The notes beneath the pieces were generated by a model, which was not told the origin of the DNA, made no database searches, and worked only from the letters and a program-made list of their open reading frames with translations. From assembly GCA_032718475.1 (NCBI GenBank), contig JAUCBJ010002294.1:1-60035 (forward strand): a stretch of 60,035 nt of DNA, given 5' to 3'. Shown here in pieces: positions 12,540 to 24,784 of the stretch (position 1 is its first letter; every line of letters starts with the position of its first letter). The DNA comes from Nemertoderma westbladi. Taxonomy: Eukaryota; Animalia; Xenacoelomorpha. A program made the translations under genes and the position numbers.

Positions 12540-14154
12540 TTTATATCATGTACATTGTACGTAGAGTTAATTGTAGAAATATTTTATCAAATTACGTATA
12601 TATTTACAAATGAAACAATATTATTACTACTTACTTAATATTGTTATAATACCAACAGAAAGCACAGTTTAGTAGGGCCTAGTGACCCTATTTCAATGTT
12701 CACTATCTTGATATTAGTACAAAGCCTCACAGATTATTATTAATATTATTTTAACTATAACTAAAGCGGTCGGCGGAATAAAACCTTAATAAATAACAGT
12801 TTCATAAAATCTTGTTGGTACTTGAATGTTTTAGACAGTTTGCTGCACAGGATTTGGGTGATAGGCTATTCGGCCCACCCAATATATTTTCGAATATATT
12901 TAGCCCAATAAATTAGAGAAATTCTCAAAAAAAAAATTTGCATTGTGTGCGTTTCTTAAATAACAGCAATTCATAATTAATTCAGAATAACTACCCCAAT
13001 GCTAATAGGGTTAAACAAAACTCATAAGTACAAGTAGACCTAACCGAAACCTTAACCTCACTGCAAAGTAACACCAGTGATGACTTCTGAGTCGTCTTAG
13101 GTAATTAGTGTAACCTGTCAACTTTGTTGCGTGACTTAATTAGAGGATTGCGTAAAGTGTGGGTATACGGAGTGTGTTCGCTTGATAGAAAAATTAATCC
13201 CGCAATTAAATATGAAATAAATTAACAACTGCATTGAGTATAATCTAATATGACAGCAAATAAAATTACTATTTATAAAATTTTAGGCACAACTATAATT
13301 TAAACAGAAGATATATGGTAATTAAGAAATGGTTGGAAGTAAGTTTTGGCCAACAAAAATGTGCAATAGCACATTCATAGGGTCTGCGACCAGGGCGAGG
13401 TGAGTGAGTTTATTATACGGGTAGCAATAGTTCAACGGTTGGTTAGACGCCTCTAGCGGGACACTTCCAAGACCCCCAATGGATATCCCAGACAACCAAG
13501 CTACATGTGTACCAAGTTATTAGCCTCCAAACATTTGTCGACGGTTGAGACATCGGTACCCGAATAATAAACTCGCTTAGTTCATCGACTCGGCCACTCT
13601 GGCAAATGTTTAGAAATTTTCCAAGCTGAATTTGCCTGGGGCCTGCCAGAAGTGCCTAGTTAAAGTGATTTCTCTAAAAAAAACGGAATTTTCAGAATGT
13701 CCTTTCATAGAAATTAATGATTGTTATAGATTATAATGGAAATTAAAAATGTTACACCTGGATTCCCCATACCCCATTCCATTATAGTTTTTAATTAGTT
13801 CAAGTGATTTTCTTTAACAAATTTTTTTTTGTTTTTTAGTTTTTTAAAGTTTTTTATTGATCTAAAAGCGTTATCAAAATGCCCCGTCCAGCTCCCTCAT
13901 TCCATGCTTCCTATTGCTTAGCTGTGAACCTATCTCATCTAAAATATGTAACTGGGAGGGGGGGGGGGGGGGGGGGGGTATATCATCTGTTATTGCACAG
14001 GCAGCGAAAGGAGCCATTATAATAAGACAGCTTGCATCTAAAAAAAGGAGGAACGTTCCCCTCTTCTTTGATTTATTGGCGGTTTGGTGAAATTTCTTAA
14101 ATACCGATTAAATATTGTGATAGAATATCTCAATTAAAATTTGTTTCTCAGAAC

Positions 14155-14495
14155 TGAGACTCGTGCTGCGCGAAGGCCCCACGAACGTGTAATAACCAAT
14201 GACAAATGTATTGTTACAAATTTTGCATATTAAAAAATAAAGTTCAATTTTCGGACAAACGAAACCTAGAAACATGAAATATACAAATGTGAAATAATTT
14301 CGAAAGTATTTACAACAGACCCGATCTGTAAAATTTCTAAACTTTGATAGACTACATGTGTACTAAGTTTGGTTCCATTTCATCAAAGATTGACTGACAT
14401 ATTAGCGTTCAAACATTTCCTACAACGACGGACGGGTTCACTAATTATACATCTACGCTAAGGCTCACCTGGACTTAACGTGGCTCGCCCCAGAC
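14155..14495. mobile_element. Copy of a dispersed repeat family (Helentron/HINE-like)
   Basis: CTCGTGCTGCGCGAAGGCCCCACGAACGTG recurs near 16727, 24375 (reverse complement), 30765 (reverse complement) and 59915; TACGCTAAGGCTCACC...CGTGGCTCG recurs near 24268 and 24408. Confidence 0.5.
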
Positions 14496-16913
14496 AATCC
14501 ATTCTTTGACATGTGTCCCTAACAGTGCTAGGCCTCAACTGTAGTACTCCTTTCTGTGTAAGCGGATGTTGGGTACTTTTATGAAGGAATGTCGCGGAGA
14601 ATTGGGTTGTGGGTTGGTTCCGAGTATCGAGTTGCTACGAGTTGGTCCTCTTACGAACGGAGCTCATCATCTCGTTCCTAAAGCAAGAAGGAAAGGTCAG
14701 GATACTCGCAAGGAAATAAATAATAAAAAAGCCTATCAAAATAGTTTACATTATTGCTTTCATTTACAATAACTTTGCCATTGTAATGGGATGGGGATAT
14801 CAACAAAAAAACAGAAACATTGCTACAGTGGATACAAATCTTTGTATTCGGGTTGAATGTAATGTACAATTATTATTTTCAACCTTAAATTTTATAAATC
14901 GAAATAAATTTGTGAATATCATTTATACAGTACAAATTTATACATGTGCCTATGAGAACTGTCCAATCAAAAAAGCACAACTTGTCATGAGTTTTTGTAC
15001 ATTCCAGAATATTCAACTGCATTTAAAAATACCAAATTTTCAAAATCTCTGTTTCAAATTAGACGATATCATTAAGATTTATAGAGCAATAATTGTAAAA
15101 ATCATTGTAGTTCAAACTATAATAATGCATAATGTAATTACCAAATCAAAAAGCATCGGTGTTCCACAAGGTGCGGTGCATAAAATCATATTATAACCAG
15201 ACGACAGCTTCTTAGATATAACAGACCGCGGCGAGCCAAGTACGCAGTGGCGCGAGTTTTTCACATTTTGAAGTTCATTGCATGAAACCTCTTTGTGGCC
15301 TGTTTAGAAAATCTCGAAATGTATAACCCCAACAGGCCTGGCCATCATCAACAAGCAGAAATGTCATTTGTGAAAGATCGTCACAGGAATCCATTTTTCA
15401 ACCTTAGGATAAAATCACTCCATGTTCTTCTTTCCTAATTCGACATGAGACACCTGTTGCATCTTCATTGCAATCAATTGCCATTAAAAAAATGCTAAAC
15501 TCAAGCTTTCGAGATAAATTGTCGGTCAACATTTTTATCTAAGACGCAATAATATCTGATAATATCTGATCACCAAAGTTGGTGATAAATTAAGGAAATT
15601 AAAATATAAACCGCAAATCGGCCACTCTAGGACGCATCGTCCACCTGCCCCAACACCCCCACAATTCGCGATCAATCATCCCCAATTCATATGCATCTAC
15701 TAAGACATGTTGTCTTTTAGTAAAGGTTTCATCAGGTCGTAGTGCAGTAGTAGTGGTTGCCAATGGTTGATCACAACCCTTCCTCTCACCAGCTATCTGC
15801 AATAGAACAAGATTGGCAGAGGCTGATGAATTCTACGACGGCAGTGGCAGTCCAGTCACTGGACGCCCAGTCTCACCCGTAGTGCCTGCATGGTGATGCT
15901 GGGCTTTGGAAATAAGTTGTTGTGCCGAAGTTTTGCAATGCCTCAGACAAATTAGTATTGCAACATATATATGCATGCAATGTACCATGTGCAGCATCCT
16001 GCGTATATATTCAACGAATGGGTGCTACAAAGAGACAGTCGTGAACTGCCATATATCAACAGACTCTGCTACTGTCTGGCATAAACCGACCACCAGAAGA
16101 GTGATTATGGGTGATTCCCATACGCTTTAATATTTATTTAATATATGCAGGCCATGCTATCCTATATGGAGGTATTCAGCAGATCTATTCGAAAGTTTCT
16201 ACATGATCACCAAAATCACCAACAACTGAACAAACTGAAGGTCGATCACCTGCTGGGAGGAATCCAAGTTTACTCTCAACATCTCAACATAAAAAACACA
16301 CAAAACAACACAAAACTCTCAACATAACTCCCACGTAAGTTGGATAAAATCTAAGGTATTAATCTCAATATAAGGGGGGAGTAGCCCCCCCCCCCCCCCT
16401 GAACGCTTTTTTTAAATGTCTACAATTTCTACAGAAATTAAAATATTTTGATACAAACTTTTGTTTTTCGAAAAATTTTCAAAATTCCAGTCGCACTCTA
16501 GCGGCCATTGAATGAAACAAGATTTGCAGTTAAAATGTTATTGTACTACAATCTGTACCTAGTCATTCAATCTGAGGTGAAATTGTCTGAAACCAATTTT
16601 TTTCGAATTACGGAGGTGAGCTCCACAAAAGTTATCGGTTAAAATTTTTAGTTTAGCTTTTTTATGTAAATTTTATTGTAAATACAAACCAGTATTCGGA
16701 TTTCAGCTTCAGGGATTATCTGAGTCTCGTGCTGCGATAAGGCTGCACGAACACGAACGTGTAACAAACCATTCTCAACAGCAAATTGAAAAGTGCCGCT
16801 TTATACACATTAATTTTTTGAACTATTAAGCATTATCTTCTCTTTACAAATAAAATGTTTCTATTAGTAATCATTAAATAATTGAAAATCTTTGTATATT
16901 TTACATTGGTAAC

Positions 16914-16983
16914 AATCGAAAATTATCGATAATCGATCGAAAATTATCGATAATCGATCGAAAATTTCAGAAAATCGATCGAA
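16914..16983. repeat. Short tandem repeat of about 20 bp (ATCGAAAATTATCGATAATCG), built from palindromic ATCGAT/CGATCG cores
   Basis: About three copies read directly. Confidence 0.85.
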
Positions 16984-18066
16984 TTATTCTGTATAGCCTT
17001 ATTTCCATAGCAACACTAACTTTTTCATATAATAATTACCCGCAAAAGCCTCAAGATTCACCTACGAATGTAGAATATGTGGCTTTTAAATTCAATTGGC
17101 CGCATCTTGTTTCCATGACAACGTTATGACCCCAAACAAAGACCAAAATCTAGGTTAGATTATTGGCTTTAATTGAGATAAAAAACTTAGATTTTAACCC
17201 AAATACGTAAGAGTTATATAAATTCTAAGTAGTAATAAATTTAACGGGACACAATGTATTTAGTAAAGTAGAATAGTTTGCAGATTCGGTAGGTTTTAAT
17301 TCGTTTTGGTTACGAATTTAGTAATATAAATATACGGGGTTTAGCAAACTGAAAGTACTTTGCAACAAGTAGTTTAGTTTCGTTACTTTATATCAACTTA
17401 TTCGCGCACTAGTGAAGCTGCAAAGTAAACAATAAACTTCTCGAACACTCCCATAAGCATTACAACAATGTTATAAAACTACGAATCGGTACACAATTAG
17501 TGTCTCAATATTTTATTTTAAAGGCGCTATTCATGCAAATTAAGTATTTACTTACGTTCTAAAAAAAAATTTGGTGGAATTTCTTCTGGAATAAACGGGA
17601 ACGATATGTAAATAACAAATGGATCATGATCAAGGTAACATTATTGTAATTTTCTGAAGAGAACCGATTTATAATTTTATAACAATAAATATTGTTAGCT
17701 CTAATGTTGCATGTGGTCGTTCTGGAACGCAGGTTAGTCGAACCAGAGCGCGTTGTAATAAAGTAGTGTCAATAACTAATTGTGTGTCCTGGGCGGGGTG
17801 TCGTATTGGCCGCCGAGCAACTTACCAACTTTAGTTATTACGGTCAGGACATATAACTATAACAGCTTAAAACCGCGGGTTTGAGACATTTAGTATGGTA
17901 AAGTAATGAAGTGATTACATTTCGGTCGGAATAAAATAATATAGATTTCAACTCGTAATCCTGCACTTTATAAGTAATATTTTATTGACTTGAAGAAAAG
18001 TTATTCTTATTATGAAGGCGATCGCCTAACTAATTACCCGTAATTAATTATTGCAGTTTTATTTCT

Positions 18067-20586
18067 TCATAAGAAATAATTGGCCAGACAACGTAAAAAT
18101 TTCGCCTTACGTTGTTCGATCAAAGCCTCCAAGACCTCGGGTCTATTATTTGTGTTTAACTGGGGTTGGGAGATCGCCTTGGTCGCCTTCATCTGGAGGT
18201 CGACTTCGTTCTTCCTAAAGTGGGTATTAACGAGATATTCTAGAATGGCGACATCCCATATATACTGGTAGTATCCGTCCATAGCGGAGTGGCCGGAACG
18301 CTCCTGGATCGCCTTGAAGGCGGTAGTGTAATCCACGGGGTCAACCAGTTGGCACAGGACGACGCTGTGGACAAAGTTGGACAAACCGTTGGAACACTTA
18401 ACGAGCCGATGGTGGACCTCGTCGTTCCACACCGTCTGGGGAACGGGGCGGGTGAGGAACGAGGAGGAACACAGCGCAGCCAGCAAGTAGGAACGCATAG
18501 CGTACTGGTAGTGACCCTCGGAGAAATAGAACTCGGCCAGCGACTTGTGGAAGTTCGAGTGGCCGCTGTGGGAGGTAACCGCGTGTCGCAGTAGCAGCTT
18601 TAGGGTCCTATAAAGTTCGTCTTTATGTAACGTCGACGATGTCAGCGAGGCGCAGGAACTCCAGTAGTTTCCCGCCTCCACCGTCAGCGATTTACTCGCG
18701 TCATCGATAATAAAATTATAAATTCTCGACAACAGCGATATTAAAACAGTTAGTGAAGAAATCTCTCGGATTTCAAGGATTAAATCCTGGAAGGCTTTCC
18801 TGGAGGGATTCCCAATCTGGGATTCTCGTTTCCCTCCCGGCGGGGTCTGCAAAAACATTGAGACGACGTGCTCCCACAGCTCGCGCGCCTGGCCCCTAAC
18901 GTCGCGCCCCCTAGCGGCGCCGGCGACCAACAACCGCCCGAGCAGACCGCAGACTGCCACCGGATACTCCCGCAGGAAACCCGCCGCTTTACCGGCCAAC
19001 TCGCCCAGGATGGGCCACTGCTCGCGGTCCACCAGGAAGACGAGACAGTCCTCGATGACGTCACGACGCACCGAGCGGCCCCACGGCTCCGTGTCCATGG
19101 CGACGAGGAACCGGTAAACCTGCTGGGCCGTCGACTCGCCCCGCGCGCCCATCCGCGCGACGCTCATCTGCCGGACGTTGGTCCAAATCAACTCGGATTT
19201 GACCAGCTCCCCGATCTGGTACGGCGGGTTCAACTGGAGCATCAGGTTGAGGAACGTTTGGGCGGAGTGGAACAGTTCCGCGTTCCCGAGTTGGAACGAC
19301 TTACCGAGAAGCAGCGAGAGAACCGCCCGCTGGGAGGCGTCCTTAACCGAGTCGAACGAACAATAAGACTCCGGGAGCGCCAGTCTGTTGAGTAACAGAT
19401 GGACGCGACTGCGACGTTGCGAGTGCAGCGACCCGGGTTGCAGGAGACCCAAGTAGGAGTTGAACGCTCGCATACAGCTGGGCCCGTCCTCGCAGCTAAT
19501 AATCTCAGTCTCCAAGGCGACCAGTCGCTGGATCGTCTGCGCGGGAGCGTCGCAGTACAGAGCCACGGTGGACACGCTAGGGGGCGCTAATAAAGAGGTA
19601 GTAACGCCGCTAGAGGGCGTCTCTCTGGTGGTCCTCATATCGGTGTCCGTGGCTGGCAAGGAGAATCGTTGGAATGGTTTCTGTTGCAGGAAGGGGTTGG
19701 GAGGCAGTGAAACCTCTCTAGGGGATTCCAACAAGTTTATAACTTTCTTAAAATGTTGGACTTTAGATAAATTAATTCTAGAATATTTAGCGTTTGTTAA
19801 ACAATCGATAGCGGCGCAGAGTTTATTCACAGACGATTTCGCAAGTTTCATTTTGTTTGTCGATAGATAATAAGAGGATAGATCGTAAGATACTTGGGCT
19901 AGAAGTTCGTTGGTAGGAATTACAATAAGATCGTCGCAAACATCGCTACCCGTCTCAGAGAAGGTGAGTTTACCTGAACTTAGTTTGTCCAACAACGGAC
20001 TGGATGGCATTAGGAAGCTCCCATGGGAGTCCTCGCTAGTTAACCGTTCTAGGAAGTCCACACTCTCCTGAATACTATCCAGCTGACTGGTAGATATACG
20101 TTCTAGAACATCCGCGGGAGTGACTGTTTTGGATGGGTCTAGAATCCCGGGGGGCATGGCTACATTAGGTGCTAGCGCTTGTTTCCGCGGTAACTGGGCT
20201 ACGGTGACGCGTCTGACGCACCATCTGTGGTACAACGCCAAGGACATGGAGTGTAAACCTTCTTTATAGAGATGGAGTTGGATCACATTGATATTGTTTG
20301 TGGTTTGTATGAGTTCCGTCAGCAGGTTGTCCAACATGTGGACTGCCAAAGTATCTTCCAACACATTTAGGTTCCAGTAGAAAGATGCTGCTATTCTCAG
20401 AATTAACACTTTCAGTCTGATAATTCGACCAGCCCTGGATTCCCCCTCGAAGTTACCAGTTACCAAGTCCGGTTTCTCGCATTTTTCAACCTGAAGAAAC
20501 AGATCGACCATCAATTGGGATTCAACTTTTGTGGAATCGATAAGGTTTGGGTTAAGTAACAACTCCATCCAACTAGAAGACCCCAT
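18067..20586 (-). CDS. INTS8: Integrator complex subunit 8, single coding exon, 839 aa
   Basis: C-terminus DYTTAFKAIQERSGHSAMDGYYQYIWDVAILEYL...AISQPQLNTNNRPEVL...RKAKFL matches the INTS8 C-terminus; N-terminal SWMELLL and internal LYHRWCVR also correspond to INTS8 motifs. Confidence 0.93.
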   Translation of the reverse strand: MGSSSWMELLLNPNLIDSTKVESQLMVDLFLQVEKCEKPDLVTGNFEGESRAGRIIRLKVLILRIAASFYWNLNVLEDTLAVHMLDNLLTELIQTTNNINVIQLHLYKEGLHSMSLALYHRWCVRRVTVAQLPRKQALAPNVAMPPGILDPSKTVTPADVLERISTSQLDSIQESVDFLERLTSEDSHGSFLMPSSPLLDKLSSGKLTFSETGSDVCDDLIVIPTNELLAQVSYDLSSYYLSTNKMKLAKSSVNKLCAAIDCLTNAKYSRINLSKVQHFKKVINLLESPREVSLPPNPFLQQKPFQRFSLPATDTDMRTTRETPSSGVTTSLLAPPSVSTVALYCDAPAQTIQRLVALETEIISCEDGPSCMRAFNSYLGLLQPGSLHSQRRSRVHLLLNRLALPESYCSFDSVKDASQRAVLSLLLGKSFQLGNAELFHSAQTFLNLMLQLNPPYQIGELVKSELIWTNVRQMSVARMGARGESTAQQVYRFLVAMDTEPWGRSVRRDVIEDCLVFLVDREQWPILGELAGKAAGFLREYPVAVCGLLGRLLVAGAARGRDVRGQARELWEHVVSMFLQTPPGGKRESQIGNPSRKAFQDLILEIREISSLTVLISLLSRIYNFIIDDASKSLTVEAGNYWSSCASLTSSTLHKDELYRTLKLLLRHAVTSHSGHSNFHKSLAEFYFSEGHYQYAMRSYLLAALCSSSFLTRPVPQTVWNDEVHHRLVKCSNGLSNFVHSVVLCQLVDPVDYTTAFKAIQERSGHSAMDGYYQYIWDVAILEYLVNTHFRKNEVDLQMKATKAISQPQLNTNNRPEVLEALIEQRKAKFLRCLANYFL

Positions 20587-20846
20587 TTTTCAATATTAAT
20601 GAAAGTACCGGTACGGTACTTCACTGCACACTGCTTTAGGTTACCACCAGTCCAGGGCTGGAAAAGTAGGTTTTTGTCGATTATTGTCAAAAACCTAAAA
20701 ATTTGAAAAAGCCTAAAACTATATATAGGTCTTTCTTTAGGTTTTTGATCACAAAAACAGCCAAACTAGGCCTACTTATTTTTTTAAAAATTTTTGATGA
20801 CCAAAAAATTTTTTTATTAGGCTACGTACGGCTACGGTAAACCTAG

Positions 20847-21044
20847 GCCGGTGTACAAGGCTGAGATAACTCCCCTTGAAATGACTCCTCAGTCGTCTCA
20901 GCCTACTACCGTAGGCTGAGAACACTCCCCAGTTATCTCAGCCTAGGCTGCTAGGCTGAGAACACTCCCCAGTTATCTCAGCCTAAGCTGAGAACACTCA
21001 GCCTGTTATATCCTGTAATACATATCTCAGCCTGTTACACCGGC
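20847..21044. mobile_element. MITE in the INTS8/EPHX divergent intergenic region
   Basis: Termini GCCGGTGTACAAGGCTGAGATA and TATCTCAGCCTGTTACACCGGC are near-perfect inverted repeats; there are many internal GGCTGAGA/TCTCAGCC copies. Confidence 0.75.
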
Positions 21045-21472
21045 AAGGCCTACAGAATCAGAATTATTTTAAACCTTTTTTATTTTTTGGTTAAACGCAT
21101 ACCGGTACCTGCATACTGGCATACGCATAAGACACAATCTAAATTAATAGGCTTACTGCTGTACTGCTGTACTGTACGGTCTGAACTGAAGGTACCCACC
21201 AAAATTGATCCATCGAAATTTCAAACCATTCAGTTAAACCAATTCATTTGAAGAGGTACTTTAGGTACCGGTACTTCATAGTGAATTAGACAGGTCCCTA
21301 ATACAGCAATAGGCTGAAAGGAAAGGTGCCACCCTGCTCTGTCAGTCTGTATGCCCGTACTGTAGAGATTTGAGGTCTTCGTTTACTGGTTTAGGAAAGC
21401 CTTATACCAGTCAGCCACTCACACAGCCAGTATACCGGAACAAAATATTTCATAAAAACATAATTTATTAGA

Positions 21473-22519
21473 ATGACACTAAAACTCGCTATTATTGGCT
21501 CTATTCTAAGAGCAGTAAACGTTGTCCCTCCGGTTCGCATAGCCTTCTTCTTGTTTGTTACATACTTCTACGGTCTCCTCTCCTTCTCCAAATTGGTTTC
21601 CCGTATCGCCTACACATGGGGCGGCTGTCTTCGCAAACGAACCCACCGTAAACCGCGCTGTCTCGAGCAATACTTCGAGACCCGGTGGCAACACAAGTTC
21701 GTACAACTAACCTCCGGAATCCGCCTTCATTACGTCGTCGATGGCGACGAAAGTAAACCTCTATTGTTGTTCCTCCACGGATTCCCGGAGTTCTGGTATT
21801 CGTGGCGGCACCAACTCGTCGAGTTCCGGAAAGACTTCCGGGTGGTGGCACTGGACCAACGGGGTTACTCAGAGAGCGATAAACCGCCGGGAATAGAAGC
21901 TTATGAAGTCAACAAACTTGTGGAAGATGTTTTTGAGTTTGTGGATAAACTCGGCTACGAGAAGCTCCATGTTGTAGCCCACGACTGGGGTGGTATAGTG
22001 GCCTACTACTTGGCATTCAAACACCAAAATTTGCTTAGCTCGCTCGCCATCATCAATGCTCCGCACCCGAAAATATTTTCACAAATGATGCGATCGGATC
22101 CTAGACAATTCCTCTTGTCCTGGTATATCTTAATGTTTCAAATCCCTCGTCTTGCGGAATCATTGATCAGTCTCGATGATTATAAGGCTTTAGAGAAGAT
22201 TTTCAAAACCAAAGCCATGCCATTAGATGATGACGAAGTCGAGGCGTTTAAATGGAATTTTTCTCAGCCGGGGTTTGCCGGGGTGAACTGGTACCGGGCT
22301 ATAGGGCGGCAGTTCCAGGGGTCGTCGGTTGTCCGTTGCCCGCACCTAGTAGTCTGGGGTGTCGACGACGTCGCCCTCAGTGAGGGGTTGTTAGACGACC
22401 TGCCCAGACACGCGCCCAAGCTGCGGGTGGTGAAGATACCGCGGTGCGGCCATTTCGCGCAGCAAGAACAACCTGATGTCGTCAACGACGCCATTCGCTC
22501 GTTTCTAAATGAAGTATGA
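21473..22519 (+). CDS. Epoxide hydrolase 3/4-like alpha/beta hydrolase, single coding exon, 348 aa
   Basis: N-terminal hydrophobic anchor, HGFPEFWYSWRHQ oxyanion motif, nucleophile HDWGG, lid SWYILMFQ and catalytic His in GHF. Confidence 0.92.
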   Translation: MTLKLAIIGSILRAVNVVPPVRIAFFLFVTYFYGLLSFSKLVSRIAYTWGGCLRKRTHRKPRCLEQYFETRWQHKFVQLTSGIRLHYVVDGDESKPLLLFLHGFPEFWYSWRHQLVEFRKDFRVVALDQRGYSESDKPPGIEAYEVNKLVEDVFEFVDKLGYEKLHVVAHDWGGIVAYYLAFKHQNLLSSLAIINAPHPKIFSQMMRSDPRQFLLSWYILMFQIPRLAESLISLDDYKALEKIFKTKAMPLDDDEVEAFKWNFSQPGFAGVNWYRAIGRQFQGSSVVRCPHLVVWGVDDVALSEGLLDDLPRHAPKLRVVKIPRCGHFAQQEQPDVVNDAIRSFLNEV

Positions 22520-23026
22520 AAGATTACATTCCATAATATATAATGCTTAGCAATTTGTAGTGAAATTGACTAATTGAATATTTAAGTTATAAAATCAATT
22601 GAAAATTGAATATGATTTATCTGTTTACAGTTTAGTTTCCGGTTAGTAGTATAGTAAGTAAGGAGATGTTAATAACTTCATTTTAATTTGTTGACCTAAC
22701 TGAGACACGGCCATGGAGTGTCTTACCCTATTTACTCCCTAATCTCTGCTACTTGAATTATCATGTAATTCGCTTTAATTATTATTGTTTAGAAGTTCCG
22801 GGTAAATTATAACATAATTTATTTTATATTCCGACGATTCCGGCGTTCTTATTTTAGTCTAAATTAATAGATCATATATTTTGTAATATAATCAATAATT
22901 ATATAAATAATAGAGATAAACAATAATTTTTATTTGAAATTCATTGATTTTATTGAAGAAGGGAGTGGGGTCCATCTCGGCGAATTAATATATCGTCTCA
23001 ATGTTAACTTATAGATTTATGGAAAG

Positions 23027-23101
23027 GGGCAGGTTACAGTGGCACGTTATTCTAACCAAAACAATAAACCAAAGTTAAGAGAACAAGTTACAGTTTTATT
23101 T
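23027..23101. repeat. Dispersed repeat block (three copies in the window)
   Basis: CAGGTTACAGTGGCACGTTATTxTAACCAAAxCAATAAAC is also at about 30540 and, more diverged, at about 5464. Confidence 0.7.
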
Positions 23102-23489
23102 TTTGGGAGTAATCAGATGTTTATTCGCGCAGCACATTACCACCTAATGTAGCGGTAGAATGTCAAGGAATTCTATATATTTTCATATATATTTTTGCAT
23201 ATATTTGTCCACCAATCCATTTATTTTCAATTTAATTGGATGATTATTTTTATTTATTCCACAAAAAGGAATAGGGAAAACTCAGGGAATTTGATATAAG
23301 ACACAAACGAAATATTAGATAATATTTTCTGCTCGCTTCGCTCGCTGTTCCATTTCCTCACATCACTAACTACAGTATATGGGTGCACTGTAATCGCTTA
23401 ACTCATAACGTTGTTTGGAATATAATAAAGCGGCCAATATAACTATATTCTATAAAAATTTAGTGTAGGCCTACCTACCTGGTATGTTT

Positions 23490-24135
23490 TCATTTCAGCC
23501 CACTAGCGGTAACCTGGAAAACTGACCAGGGTTACCGTCCCAACAGAGACGCGGCCTATTTAGTATTTATGGTCTAATAGTCTAGCATGTATATATCCGC
23601 CAAGTTTCAGCTTAAACGGAAATCAAATAACGAAATGAAAAAGGTTTTCACTTCCAGATATTTCGGCCACTAGCGGTAAACTGTAGATGATAACGTCCCA
23701 CAAAGAAACAACCAGATTTCTATATAGGGGGCCTATGCCTTCCAAGTTTCATCTTAAACGCGGATGTAAAATCAAGGAAACGGTGGAAATTTTTCACTTT
23801 CATAGATTTCACCCTTTAGCCGGGGACTAGAGAACTGCAGACCGACTACCAACCCCCACAACGAATAGGATGTGTTCTGGTACATATATGACTAGTTTCA
23901 GCTTGAAAGGATCATAAATAACGTAATGGGTCGAGGATTTCACTGCAGACATTTCGCCCTCTAGCGGCAGTAGAGAACTGCAGAGGAATTTGCCTCCTTT
24001 GAATGACGCAGCTGATAGTCTATTATAAATCTGCCGAGTTTCAGCTTGAACGGATAAAAAGCAAACTTTTAATGTTTTAAAACTTTAACTTTTAAAACAT
24101 TTAATGTTTAGACATTTAGCCCTCTAGCGGGAGGC
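23490..24135. repeat. Degenerate tandem array of about 145-165-bp units inside a dispersed element
   Basis: AGTTTCAGCTT(A/G)AACGG-like motif near 23602, 23745, 23894 and 24037; CC(A/T)CTAGCGG-like motif near 23500, 23666, 23812, 23958 and 24121. Confidence 0.7.
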
Positions 24136-24784
24136 TGCTAAACCGATGATGTCTGAAAGTCTCTAAAAAAATATCATCTTTTTGTCTTATTGATGCTTAC
24201 AAATTTATTTTGCGTTCAAGACGACGACGACGATTTGCCATTATTGACCTACACCCTAACAATGTATGTTCGCTAAGGATCCTCCAACTTCGTGGCTCGA
24301 CCCACATTAGTCTGAATGATGAATAAATAAAATATAGACCCTTATTAGAGGGCCTTTGAAACAATTTATTATTCTTCGCGCAGCACGAGACTGAAAAATA
24401 GTACCCGTACGCTAAGGCTCACCGGGGTATACAATGTGGAGGCTTTTATACACAGTTTAATTAAGATGTTACTGTAAGCCAGCAGTACATCAGTTAAATT
24501 TACGTAAAACTATATTAGTGATGCTAAAATTGATACTAATACTAGATTATGTATAATAATTAGACTTTTCGTTAGTTAGTAAAAAAAGTGGTTTGTTGAA
24601 TTTTCAGAGATATTTCCTGTTTATCATATACCTATATAAGCATATTTATATGGCTCAGAGTATTGGCCATTTCGTACATGATTTTATCATTCGATAAACA
24701 ATTTATTATTATATTACACAACTACGGTGGCCCGGAGTGGCCACAATAATGCACACAATCACTTTAATGTTATTTCTATGGTAA

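Noticed and set aside
13955-13978. G/C homopolymer runs (also near 16385, 29073 and 37464) as G-quadruplex elements
   Set aside because: Simple homopolymers at repeat ends whose length is unreliable in assemblies; no evidence of function.
18080-19870. Several antisense ORFs over INTS8 (similar ones overlap slit, IFT52 and pol)
   Set aside because: Shadow ORFs of GC-rich coding sequence with no recognisable motifs.
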